A DNA stretch of 45,913 nucleotides, taken from contig NC_068988.1 of NCBI RefSeq assembly GCF_001194135.2, forward strand, positions 47,737,111 through 47,783,023. The letters are read 5' to 3'. A program made the position numbers and the translations under genes. Every line of letters begins with the position of its first letter. The first letter of the stretch is position 1. Source of the stretch: Octopus bimaculoides (taxonomy: Eukaryota). Shown here one piece after another: positions 11,891-24,876 of this stretch. The notes under the pieces were generated by a model that was not told the DNA's origin, searched no databases, and saw nothing but the letters and a program-made list of their open reading frames with translations.

Positions 11891-14659
11891 CATCTGTTCA
11901 CACTATGGTGTTAGGATTAAATATAGATGATACGAATATATAATTGAGTGTTTAGTATTAGAGATATGATGGTGATATTAGGTTGGAAACTAGAGATAAA
12001 AATATTAGGCCAAGTTGTAATAAAATGCACGAGAATGCCGAGTTCATGCAAATACATAATGCAAGATTAATAAGGAAATAGATAATTATAAACTTAGTAG
12101 GTACAGTTACAGTTAACGAGCTACATCGAGAAATATAGGCAATAATTTGTGATTAGGATCAGTAGATGTAAGGGGAAAATATAAAGGAAAGACAAAGTTA
12201 TTAAAAAAATGTGAATCTTATAAGCCTAATAAGAAATACACAATATAAAAATGAAAAATCGAAAACTGAATTTAAAACAAATATGTAATGAACTAGCACA
12301 GAGTAGCAAATGTGTTTATAAATGAATAGATATATGGGTAAGCAAGATGAGTTTAGTTGTAGGTATATAGGAAGGAATGGTTAACAATGGTTTATTCAAA
12401 TTACATATGATTATTTATAAAGAATAGATATACATTGAACATTTCTAAGTTATATGCTCTTACTTGTCAAGCACTTTACATTCACAACTCAACAATGAAG
12501 AAACAACTTTTAGGAATTTCTATTAATGGTTGTGTATTTGTGTGTGTGTGTGTGTGTGTATGGCATTTTCCGTTTTACATCTATTTTTCCATACTGACAT
12601 GAGTTAGACTCTCTCTCCCCTTCTCTCTCTCTCTCCCCTTCTTTCTCTCTCCCCTCTCTCTTTCTCTTTCAGCATCAGCAGATGACAAATGCTCATACAT
12701 GTATGCAGCTACATATAAACATTTACATTTTATGAGAAAGAGACAATGACACACATCCTGCCATCTACACAAATGTGCATTTTATTCTATGCTCATGTCA
12801 TATCATATCTTTCTCCTGACTTTTGTCTACTGCATGCTGTGAATGCTCTGTAAAAAGCCTGAGTTTATTACAATACATTTAATCATACACACTTAAGTGT
12901 AATTTGAACTTTGTAACAACTTTATTTCCTATCGATCAGTCATAATAGATTTATTCAAAAGAAATAAAAAACAAACATTTGTTGATTTTAACACATGCAG
13001 ATTATTTTTTCACTTTATTTATCCAAAAAATATCAAGAACTTCCTTCATCATTTCCTTAGTTTTGAGAAAAAAAAAGATGTTTTTCACAAGCAAGTTTTA
13101 GAAATGTGTTGGTGTGGAAGAAGAGGAGAGCACAAGACTTGAAGTAAAGGCAAAACATTAAACATTTTAATAAAAATGTATTATCATAAAAGAGTAAAAC
13201 ATGAAAATGTAAATTGGTTAGGTAAGGAAGAAAAATAAAAGTGTGTACATCCAAAGAGTGTTGTATATATGCTAAAGGTGTTAAATAATTAAGTAGAGGA
13301 TTAAACTCTTTCATTTGGGAAAATAAATAAGGAAAAAAGTATTGGAAAGTAAAAATTGTTTATGAGTAACATAAACATTTAAAAATATTAATGCATCAAG
13401 GAACTGTAAGAAGTTACATAAATGAGATGGCAAAATAAAACTCTGCAAGAGCTGAAGGAATGAACTGCAGAAAAAAAATATATATTTTACCTTTTTCTAA
13501 TTAAAATTAAAACCTTAATATAGGATTAAAAGGGAGTGGCAGGATGGAGTAGAGAAATGGAAGCATGATAGAATTAACACAGATAAAAATAAGAAAGGGT
13601 AATTACTGGTAAGGGTAGGTAAATTATAGATTAAATTTAACTAACTAAAGAAAATATGAAAACAATCCTAATAAGGTTAAATAACAGAGTAAGTTTAGTG
13701 GTAAATTAACAGGTAATGTAAAAGTTAAAGTGAATATAGTAAGTTATCAAAGTAAAGCATTTCAGTAAAAAAAAAAGGCTTAGAATCTTCCCAAAAATAA
13801 AAGTTAAAATGGAGAAGTAAAGATACAGAGGATGAGAAAGAATATATCAATAGAGGGGATAAATAACGAAATGAAAATAACAAATATAACAGTAAAAGTA
13901 AATTACTGATACTACAAAGTAATAGTAGTAAATTTAGTTAATAGTGAACAGATAGGTACAGTGGGAGGTAGAATAACAAGTAGCAAGTCTTACTAAAATA
14001 GTGGAGTCAAATTTAGCTATGAGTATAGTTTTTATGAAATGTATTTCAACGTTTAAAATTTTCTTCTAAATGTTACCTACAATTACCATATTTGAAAAAG
14101 ATTACACTAGATTATCTCCTAAATTTCCTTCCATAGTTATACATTTAAACAAAGTGTTTTCTACATGAATTATTCTTCCAACACCTTTTCAGTAATTATG
14201 AAAGCATAATCAGTATGGAAAATAGAGAAGCTTTTTTTCATAGACAATTGTTTAAATAATACATGTAATAATAGCTCTTGAAGTAGAGGAGGTGACAAGT
14301 GCAAAATGAAGAATATAGTTTTCAAGGATGTTCCCTTTTAAAACTGTACATTCAGTACTATACATGTGAACTTCATACCATCTCAAAAACTAAATGCTTA
14401 ATGAAAAATAACTTCAAAAGAAATCATGAATGTCATTGTTCTCTATAGACCTCCCACAATATTACAATTCTTAAAATAATCGTGGAATTTCAACTATATA
14501 TGTATGTAAACAAAACAAAGATGTATAGAAACAGCACAAGGATATATCTAAATAATGTTTGACTAATGATGTTTCCCAAAGTAATTTCTACTATAAATAA
14601 AAGCTTATAAAACATTAAGTGTAAAACCTTTTCAATAAGGAAAAAAATAAAAGAAGTTG

Positions 14660-14977
14660 TCTGCAAGGTACAAGCAATGCCCTTTCTGTAAGCCAGATAG
14701 ACAAGTTACCAATTATTCTTAAGCACTTTCTTGTCCTTCTAACATCATATTAAATGCTTTACTGTTATCAACAAGGTTTATTGAGTGAGTAGAACTATAA
14801 TGTCATTCTCGATTGGCAAAAAATATCAGCTGAGTCTTCATTAATTCACCTCCTTTGTGTCATATAAAAGAACATATTGGATAATGTAGTCCTTTGTTCA
14901 TACACATAGCCAAAAAGATGGATGGTCATAACTAGAATTCATCTCACTCACTATATTATTCTTTCTTTTGCTTTTAT

Positions 14978-15030
<53 letters not shown>

Positions 15031-17456
15031 CTCAAATATTGCTTAGTTTATGTGTGTAGGGTCTCTTAACCCAGTAACAGAGCCAAACTTGAACAATATT
15101 TGTTAAACAGAATGTTAAATTCTTGAATCTGAAGTAAAACCAGTTGTAGTGATTCAGAACAGTAAATGCACCAAGAATTTCCTGAAAACTCCAGTGTCAA
15201 CGTAACAGTTAAGGTTGAAGGAAAACCTTTCTATAGAAGGGTTCTAGTATGTTAAGTTCACAACAGACTTCTCTCATATAAATTTAACTCTTTCATTCAT
15301 TTTCCCATATCCTTTGTGAAATACATCTTCAAGTATATTGATAAAGGATAAAGCTGTGTGCTGATGCAAATACAAGAACTCAATGTTTTCACCTATTATG
15401 CGAGAATGCAGTACATATATATAGTCATTGCATCAATTCTCCATAAGTAATGTGAAAGTGCTGGAATACAAAATGTTTGATAGATCATATGTTGCAATTC
15501 ATCCTCTAGTATAACATAGATGACTTACTTGCTTACTTTCAAGAAAGTGGTGACATAGAAGTGGTTCACTATGGTTAAAATAGAAACACTTCATTCAGAA
15601 CATGGTTCATTCTAAATAGGACTGCAGTACACAAGAGCTTCTCTGAAATTGAAGGGAAACAAAAGCATGGAAACAGAAAATACAGAGAGGAAATATAAGT
15701 AATCTCTAGAAAGCATACATGACATTTAAATGCGACAGTAATTTTAATGTCAGTTTAATATATCATGTAAAATAATCAACACACTTTGAGAACATTTGCA
15801 CAATGGCAATATTCACAATATTTACAAGGCTGCTAAATAATGATTAAGAATGGGTTTGATGCATATAAGAAGTGGCTGAAGTTAAAATGCCTTCTCAATA
15901 AAAGAAATGTTTGCCAGTAAAAGTAGTCCAGATAGATTGAATGATCTGCTGCTATTTCAACAGCTCCAGTAGTACTTTATTCAGGATTTCAAAGTAGAAG
16001 GTAAAACAAATGAAGAAGCATGCAGCAGTTCACTACATGACGTTCAAAAACTGCTCATTATTTATATTAGATGCTGCTATAACTTAAGAATCACTGAATG
16101 TGTGCCAATTTTTAGTAATGATAAAAAATAAAGTTTATTCTGAGAATACTGCTGTGTAGATGTTACTATACAAAGGTAAATGAACTGCAATGCTATCCAT
16201 TTGACAGCATCATAGAATATGTAGATGATGATGATGTGGAGCATTGGTTCTAATTCCTTAATTGCCCTGGAAATTTGGCTAAAAAATGCAACATAATTTT
16301 AGGATGTTGCAATGTAGATGGCAGGAATGCCAATAACTGGCATTGTTGCTTATTTGTTAAAGAATTGCAAGACAGTTCACAGTTGGTTGAAATTCACTGT
16401 AAATACTATTCTTAAGATATAGTATGAGATACAGTATGACTTCCTGTATCATCATTTTAATTAGGAAAATTCCTTTAGAAGATTCTCAGTAATTAGAATG
16501 TTGTAGCTCTGCTGGTAATACATGATGTGCTGATACTTTCTGTGAATGCAACATGTAATTTAAATATTTTACTGAGAACTACAATGAGAGAAATATGCCA
16601 CTTAAACTTTTGGTCTGAGACCTTTATCAAATAGAATGTGAAGTATCAAGAGACTCCAGTATGGACATAAATGAAATTTGCACAAAATAACCACCCTTGT
16701 GGACATATATGAAACTCTCAGTTAGGAAAACTCTTATTTACACAAGCTCACATAGTGGTGCTGCATTTAATCAGTGGTGCCAACAGATATTACCATCATC
16801 TTGAATGAAAATATAATAGGAAGTTAATGACTGAAAAAGAGCAGCAATTCTTTTGAATAAGTTTACAAGAAAATAAAGTTAACCAAAAACCCAATATGAT
16901 ATGAGACTAAACTCCAAAATTCTGAATCACTTATAAGGTGAAACAGTAAAATATAAGGGTGCAGGCATCATTGCAGTTGGAAAATGGGCAAACTGTAAGT
17001 TTTCCCATTTTGCTCAATCAATTTGCTCAATCAGTTTGCTCAAATCAATTTTTTTAACCAACTTACTCCTCGTGAGCTAAAACTAAAAATTAGTTGAATC
17101 AAAATTTGATGCATCCCTTTAGTCCTACAAAATGGCTACTTAATAATACTAGATCTGTTGTCAGGATTTTAGCAATCAATAACACCATTGCAGAAATTTT
17201 CACTTGAAGCAGAAGAGGAGTGAATTTAACACTAAATTATTTAATATTATCCTTTACTTTGACATGGAGAAGGCTTCCATTTATTCCCTCATTTCCTATA
17301 AATCTTAACAAGTCTCTTTGTTGGTCATTTGATGTAGTTGGAATACATATGTCAAATCCTGTATTTAGTCATGGTCAACTGCATGTGGCGTTAAGTAGTA
17401 CTAACAGTAACAGCAGTGTCATAGAGGGGGTTTTGTTAATTCTGTGCAGCAGTTAA
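14660..17456 (+). mobile_element. Decayed Helitron Rep/Helicase (HUH endonuclease + PIF1/SF1B helicase) coding remnant with many stops and frameshifts
   Basis: Collinear motifs found by manual translation: a degenerate HUH region (~14880-14960, KNILDNVV..YT*PKR..HLTH); FMCVGSLNPVTEPNL; KCTKNF; VKYIFKYIDKG (15316-15348, Rep motif YxxKYxxK); TWFILNR; LIYHVK*STHFENI; LLNND*EWV..EVAEVKMPSQ; a degenerate Walker A FLNCPGNLAK (~16255); TGIVAYLLKNCKTVHS (16336-16383); PLWTYMK; RLNSKILNHL*GET; NQLTPRELKLKI; and NKS..SFDVVGI..PVFSHGQLHVALS (17358-17396). Confidence 0.88.
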
Positions 17457-18285
17457 ACTAGCTGCCCCATTTCATAAACACAACATACCTGAGACTACAG
17501 TAAACACAAGCATATAAGGTTGCCACTCTGTGTGGTCTGCACATTCAGCACATCCACACCCCACATGACACTACTGCCTTCATAAAGTATATATAGAAAT
17601 GATACCTAAAGTATTGGTGAGTCAGCAATGTTTATGCATATAATAAAGTTCATTCAATAGTAAGTGTATCAACAGCTAAAGTTTATGGATATAACTATAG
17701 TAAAAGTTAAAGATTTAAAAAGGAAAATGCTATTCTTAAAGAATAATTTCATGCACACTTACAAGTCTCAAAGTAACATATGAGGTTAACTTCCTGTATC
17801 TTACAATGTATGTTATATTGAAGAAAAAGGAAATATTTAATGCAAATGTCAATCTGTTCTATTATGTAATATGTTATAAATATCACTGTAAACTATAGCT
17901 ATTGTCATGTTTTGAAATAATGTATCTGTATTCTTTAAAATAATACCAAATGCAGATATTCCTGTAAAACAAATTCTCTACCTCCTTATGAGATGTGAAT
18001 ACTACTTGGATATGCAGCTGTAGCATATTAGAAATATAATATTGCATACTGCAACCAGTATCGTAATGTGAAATACAAATATCGTTTTACATTTCTATAC
18101 TCTATATTATACTATAAAATGTAAATATTATCTTTATTTGCAACCTCTGCTATATTATGATACATAAAAATGATCCTGAAAAATATAACTAGTGCAACGT
18201 TGTATAATGCCATAAATATTTATATGTACATTTACAGAGACACAAGCATACTCTCATGCACATACACGCACATATATATGATGTA

Positions 18286-18940
18286 CAAGGTTTAAACAAA
18301 ATAATGGAAGCACCACTTTTATCTATTTACATTTTCTATTGGAAATATGACCAATTCAAAACTCTTCTGGTCTGTGTATATGTGTTCCTACATATTATGT
18401 ATGTCTTGCTTTTCATAATATAGTTCTCAGATATTTAAATTTAAGTTAAAATGTGTGACCCATGCGATTTCCAAAGAGGACAAACTGCTGGTGCACTGAT
18501 AGTTGGAACTTTAGTCATCAGCTGAAATTACTGCATTGTTTAATGGTTTTTGAAATGCAGTCTCTGGAAATTATGTTGCTATTCCAAAACCAAGGTAAAA
18601 ATCACTCTGGTATGCATAATTCTGGATAGAAGTCAAAATGCACAGTGGGATAGAATAGTGAAAAATATTGCTTCTAAAAAGCACCAAACTACATCATTGA
18701 AAATGACAGCAGAAGTAAAGTATCAACTCGCCAAACCTGTGTCAACCAAAGCCATTTGTCATGAGCTCCATAAAGCTGGATACTTTGTAGGGAGTACAAT
18801 TGCTAAATATCTTGTCCCCAAGCAACATCGATATGAAGCAAAAATGGTGTCTAGATTACCAAGAGTGGTCTGGGGTTCAATAGAACAATGTCATCTTCTC
18901 TGATGAATCATCATTCATGCTTTTTCCAAAGGGTGTATAC
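18286..18940 (+). mobile_element. Tc1-family DNA transposon, 5' part with decayed transposase
   Basis: TA|CAAGGTTTAAACAAAATAATGGAAGCACC is a left TIR similar to the one at 29550. Translation gives DFQRGQTAGA, then KHQTTSLKMTAEVKYQLAKPVSTKAICHELHKAGY (Tc1 HTH region) and a degenerate FSDESSF region. No right TIR is seen. Confidence 0.8.
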
Positions 18941-19057
18941 ATATTTGTGTTTTAGTATTTGTATGTATGTGATGTATGTACATACTTCATACAATGTTCA
19001 AGGAAATCAAAATCATGATAGAGAAAATATTCTCTATCATAGAACAGCAGAGAAAAT

Positions 19058-19258
19058 GTTCATTTCAAATGCTCGCAATTTCGGTGCAGGGGATAAATAG
19101 ATTACATCGACCCTAGTGTTCAACTGCTACTTATTTTATTGACTTCAAAAAAGGTAAAATCGACCTCAGCAGAATTTGAACTCAGAACGTAAAAACAGAC
19201 GAAACGCCTCGAAGCACTATTATCTAGAATGCTAATTAGTCTGTCAACTCACCACCTT
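19058..19258 (-). mobile_element. tRNA-derived SINE copy (second family)
   Basis: The minus strand reads AAGGTGGTGAGTTGACAG...TTACGTTCTGAGTTCAAATTCTGCTGAGGTCGA (B-box-like GTTCAAATTC). A related fragment lies at ~4245-4375 (+). Confidence 0.7.
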
Positions 19259-20789
19259 GATAGCGGACAAAATATAAATATTTATAATATATCAATATGC
19301 TTCGTAAATAGTCTATTTTTTCACATTTTCGTCAGAAGCTAATATATTAAACCCTTTAAGACAGCGTTTCTACTGATTCCAGTCACAACACAATTGAATG
19401 AAAGGAAGTAAAAGCGATAGAACAAATTAGATTCCTGTGGGAACAAAACTGGCATCACAAACAGTAAAAGTAAGAATAGAGAAAAGATCGTTATTTCATC
19501 TTGAGAAGAAGACAAGCTAATGTAGTAGCATGGTGTATGATTCAGTACCATCACCCACAAATATATAAGACTATACAAGCAAGTAAATATATTATATAAG
19601 TAAAAAATAAATATCTGAATAAATACGGTAATAAGCTAAATAAAATATATGCTTTGATACATTACTAATGGTATGATCATGTGTGCATACATATGGTATA
19701 TAACTGTGTGTGTGTGTCAGTGTATACATACATGCCTACATACATACATACACGCATTATTCATATATGTATATGCATTCGTACTCATCTCCACCTATTT
19801 ATATATATATATATATATATAGCATGTGCACATTTCTATTTGTCTCTCTTCATCATAATTCAAAATAAGATAGTTGATTCAATGAAATGTGTATAATAGG
19901 TCAGAAATGTACATCTTAATATATAAGCTCAAAATCTGACATCATAATTTCGGTATCTTAAATCACAACTTCAAAGAAGAAACAGTTTGTATGGTATAGA
20001 GGTGCTTATAAGTAGCTTTAATTTGATTATATATATGACAGGACAGTAGTGTAATTAAGTCGATTAAATCGGATGTTTACAAACCGAAATTATATTCGAA
20101 TTTCTGTTAAGAATTGAGTCTTGAGCAAAAAAGATCTCTAGTTTTTCAATATTGGATAAATCATATAGTCACTTGTTTTCACTGTAAGATCGTTCCTTTA
20201 CCAAAATTTTTCACTGTATATCGTAACGAATATTTCTGTCTTTTAATTTATCTTTTTTTCTATCTGGGTTTCAAAATTATTGCGTGTACATATGATATCT
20301 GTATTTAAGGTAGCAGGTTGTTAAATCTTTTATAAAGTTTATTAGGAGTTGAGGTTCTTGATGTGCATTCACATGTCACATCTCTAGTGAGACAATTCAA
20401 ATCTAATGATAATGATTCTTATTAACATAACTGCCGCTTGTATTCTTGCTTTAATTATAAATTGCTGTAGGGACAGTACTCGTTAATTCAGCTACATTCG
20501 ATGTTATATTGTGAGGTGTGGTAAAATACTATGACTTAACAGTATTACTGAAAAAAGTTTTATAATATATTCTAAATGGACGTTTATCTTGAGTAATGCA
20601 AAACAGATTTTAATTATAGTTGATGCCAATTTCTTATTACATTCCAAACTATAACAACTAATATCTCGTGCACTGTTTTTTTATAATTATATACCTGTAG
20701 CTAATAAAATATATCTCATTCTTATATCGTTTATAGAACAATGTTCACACACACGCGTGCACACACACAGACACATAGTATCTATCATA

Positions 20790-21078
20790 TATAGTGAAGA
20801 GTTAAGATAAACAACAGTATAACTATTGGGTTCCTACGTACGTTTCACCGTTGCAGTTACTTGGAACTCATAAATTTCACTTATAAATTATCTCACTATC
20901 AAACTGAATATAGGTATTAGATCTCTGTAACAGAATGCAATAAAATGCTCTTCTGATGATCTGCTGCGGTTAGGCATCAAATTGCACTTGGATCTTCCAG
21001 TGTTGTGTGCCAAATAAACTGCAATGGTGAAACGTGCGTAGGATTTATACTGGGGTTTATCGTAATTTTTCCACTATA
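20790..21078. mobile_element. Unclassified ~290-bp MITE-like element with long imperfect inverted repeats
   Basis: TCCTACGTACGTTTCACCGTTGCAGTT (20832-20858) matches the reverse complement of 21018-21044 at 25/27. Similarity extends out to TATAGTG at both ends. Confidence 0.7.
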
Positions 21079-23035
21079 CTTGCTCTGTATATCATAAGAT
21101 GTAATACTACCAAGCACAGTGATCGACTAACCACCATACAGGAAGTTGACTGGATAATGATAGTCTACGTGAAATTGTAGCCCATACAGTAGATATCGAA
21201 CTGTACACACAAGATATATAATATACATGTAATATTTCTAGCCAGCTACGCGCGCGCGCGCAAACACACACACGATACTTCATTGATTTTAGCATTGTGG
21301 AGTAAGGATTTTCTAGTGATAGATTGGTTTAAGGACATTCCTAATAAGGGCCTAACTAGAGTATCCGATACGAAATCAATAATTACTCTACATTTATAAC
21401 AATACCCACACGTCTTATGGTTATTAAGTTTGCTGAAACAATAAGGGAGATTAATGATTTTGAAATAGACAAGTACCTTCTTTGACCTGATTTACTTTTC
21501 CAATATTCGTTACTTATATGTATATAGAGAGAGAGAGAGTGAAAGGTGGGTTGGAGAGAGTGTTTCTAAGCAAAGATGAAAAAACAAAAAAAATCACACA
21601 CGATAATTTTTTTCTGAAGCATTGCCGAAAAACACACAAATTCTCAGCTATGAAGCAAAATACAATATAACAAAACACAAATCAGCAAATCTTCAAGGTA
21701 GTGATCAATTAATGCAATTGATATATGTATGTGTGTATATATATATATATNNNNNNNNNNNNNNNNNNNNNNNNNNNNNNNNNNNNNNNNNNNNNNNNNN
21801 NNNNNNNNNNNNNNNNNNNNNNNNNNNNNNNNNNNNNNNNNNNNNNNNNNNNNNNNNNNNNNNNNNNNNNNNNNNNNNNNNNNNNNNNNNNNNNNNNNNN
21901 NNNNNNNNNNNNNNNNNNNNNNNNNNNNNNNNNNNNNNNNNNNNNNNNNNNNNNNNNNNNNNNNNNNNNNNNNNNNNNNNNNNNNNNNNNNNNNNNNNNN
22001 NNNNNNNNNNNNNNNNNNNNNNNNNNNNNNNNNNNNNNNNNNNNNNNNNNNNNNNNNNNNNNNNNNNNNNNNNNNNNNNNNNNNNNNNNNNNNNNNNNNN
22101 NNNNNNNNNNNNNNNNNNNNNNNNNNNNNNNNNNNNNNNNNNATCAACCATTCATATACTGGTGTTAGTAGGAAAAGATGTACGACATTCCGGTTGAGAC
22201 TAAACCTTTCTCTATTTGATTACTTGCCCCATGATTGTTCGTCAATTTATATTAATTACATTAATCGATCCTATAATTCTTTAAGTCTTGTATATAGCTA
22301 TACGTGTGTGTGTTTGTGTATATACATATGTATGTAAATATGTATGTTTATGTATGTTCCCACACGTATATACGATGATGACGAAGTCATCTTTTGAGAA
22401 TGATGTATTGGCATTCAGAAACAGAAGACGGACACAACCACATTGGATACCAGAGGAGTACAACTGCTCTCACCAGCTGTACACCTACCTTGTGCCTTCT
22501 TGAACAAGTAAAGTATAGAAATGGCAATTTTTCCATGACATAGAAGCATGTTATACCGTAACTACGACAATGACTACTAACCCTTTAGCAAAGAAAATAG
22601 GTTATAACTGAACAACCTGCACGTAAAAATCTTATCAATCTTGCAAGTTTGTGCAGTTCCCACCTTTCTCCTTATATGTGTATTTATGTGCCTATGTATG
22701 TATATAAGTGTGTATGAGCACGCGTACATATACTTGATGACCTATCTCGTGCAGAATTGTTTTCAGGGAGTATGGGTTAAATTTATGCCATTTTTCTTTG
22801 TAACAGCTTAATGTATTGGTGAACAATCAATGGTGCTGGAAAGCATAAAGATTAAAATTGTAGTTCAGGAAATGTTAGCTGATATCGAGGAGTGGGAGTC
22901 CTCAGAATACTGGGAAAAGGGTTACCTGTATCATGATGATTTGCAATGGGTATCAAAATGTCAACATCATAACTGCCTCTCTGTGATCTGTGGACACTGT
23001 ACATATTGTAAGACGTGGCGTAGATATTTGCCTGT

Positions 23036-23381
23036 GTTCTCATTGGATGTAAATTTAATGACATCACTTGTTTTTGTCCATGTATGGCCTAGTATTTCAA
23101 CTGGCTGACTGCTCTAAAATCTCGCTTGTTTTACAAACGTTCTGGTCACATTTTGGTTTGACAGAACTCCAGTATTTTGGTTGGTTGATTTTCTGGTGAT
23201 GTTATTTGTTTGTCGACCCTTTCCCATCACCTACTTCTTACCAGTAAATACCCAATGCTCTGGCTACTTGATTCTCTGATTACGTTGTTTGTTTGTGTCA
23301 AAGGCCTTGTTAACTTGATTTTTGTATAGAACATAGACGGAGAAAACAAGTGACGTCATTAAATTTACAACCAATCAGAAC
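23036..23381. mobile_element. Inverted-repeat element with ~50-bp arms carrying CCAAT and CRE-like motifs
   Basis: The left arm 23036-23086 (GTTCTCATTGGATGTAAATTTAATGACATCACTTGTTTT...) matches the reverse complement of the right arm 23332-23381 (GTTCTGATTGGTTGTAAATTTAATGACGTCACTTGTTTT...). Confidence 0.7.
23351..23378. promoter_or_regulatory. Candidate CRE (TGACGTCA) plus CCAAT/NF-Y box (CCAATCAG)
   Basis: A perfect TGACGTCA at 23351-23358 and CCAATCAG at 23371-23378. Function is inferred only. Confidence 0.35.
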
Positions 23382-24836
23382 TTGAAGCGTTACTGTCTAT
23401 CTCTGAGTCTTATTGAATATTAGACTTTGTATGAACATCTAATCTTTAAAGCATGTTTTTTTTCCTAATTTTCTCTTGTACCTTCTATCTCTGCTGAACC
23501 TTTGTTATTTACCATTGAAAAACAATGAGCAGTTGAAACCGGTACGGTATTTTAATAAAACTGCTACAAAATTTAAATTCTGTCACACCTTTTAAGTTCT
23601 GGGTGCATTTTCCTTTCTCTTATACCAACTCTCCTATATTCTTTTGTTATGTCTCAGGCTACTGCTATCTAGTACCTTCGGATGATCTCTACTCAACTGT
23701 TACACGACTGTTACTCAACTGTCACTCAACTCTCTACCATGGTCAGACTACCTCTATTTATATGTCTTGGGCGATTCTACTTCTTTGCTTGGGGGGTATC
23801 GACACAACATCTTTCCTGCATGGGAATGCATTTCTCTTCTCTACCCCACCCTTCATATATATGTATATACCACTAGAAATATAACTCCATGTTGAGCATT
23901 TTAAAGTAGTTTTTTTCCCTATAAGTCAGCTTCATCTTGTTGAGGAACAAATGTCTTCTAGCACAATACTCCACTCTTAATAATATTATACTCAACTCTC
24001 CATCACTACTGGTCACAACACACTATGACATTCCACTAAATGATGCAATTCTCTAAACAATACATTTTATTGTAGAAGACTTGCCTTAAGATGAGATCCT
24101 ATATATTTCTTTTATATCTTATATCACAAATAAATACTTTCTACTTATTCTTCCGTTTCATAGACTTATATTAGAGCAGCAAAATGAGTCAAATTTCTAT
24201 GAATATTTCTTGATCACTTTTGGTGAAAAGTACCTACCTAATTATGATTTATCCCATGAGTTTACATGTGAGTGTGTGTGGGTGCATGTGTATGTATATG
24301 CATGTGAGTATATATGCATACACACACACACACACACACAAAGAGAGGAAGGGAGATAGGAATATATATATATATATATATATATANNNNNNNNNNNNNN
24401 NNNNNNNNNNNNNNNNNNNNNNNNNNNNNNNNNNNNNNNNNNNNNNNNNNNNNNNNNNNNNNNNNNNNNNNNNNNNNNNNNNNNNNNNNNNNNNNNNNNN
24501 NNNNNNNNNNNNNNNNNNNNNNNNNNNNNNNNNNNNNNNNNNNNTATATATACATATATATATATATACTCAGAGACACAAATGTATATTTCCTTTATAT
24601 CATGTCTCACAAATCTTTCTGCTTGTTTCTCTTTTTCATCTCTCTTTCTCTCTTATTCTCATTTCCCTCACCATATTTTGCTGTCTATCTATCTCACCCA
24701 CTCTCTTTATATGCATGTCTCCCTCTCTCACCCTCTTTCTTTGTTTCTCTGTATATGCGTGTGTGTTTGTGTGCATCTGCGTATATATGTATGCATATAT
24801 ATGTATATAATATAATACATGTGTACATGTGTGTGT

Positions 24837-24876
<40 letters not shown>

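Noticed and set aside
11910-14150. AT-rich strand-biased DNA read as either a decayed CR1 LINE (minus) or the Helitron N-terminus (plus)
   Set aside because: Both readings rest on few residues and they conflict, so it is left unassigned.
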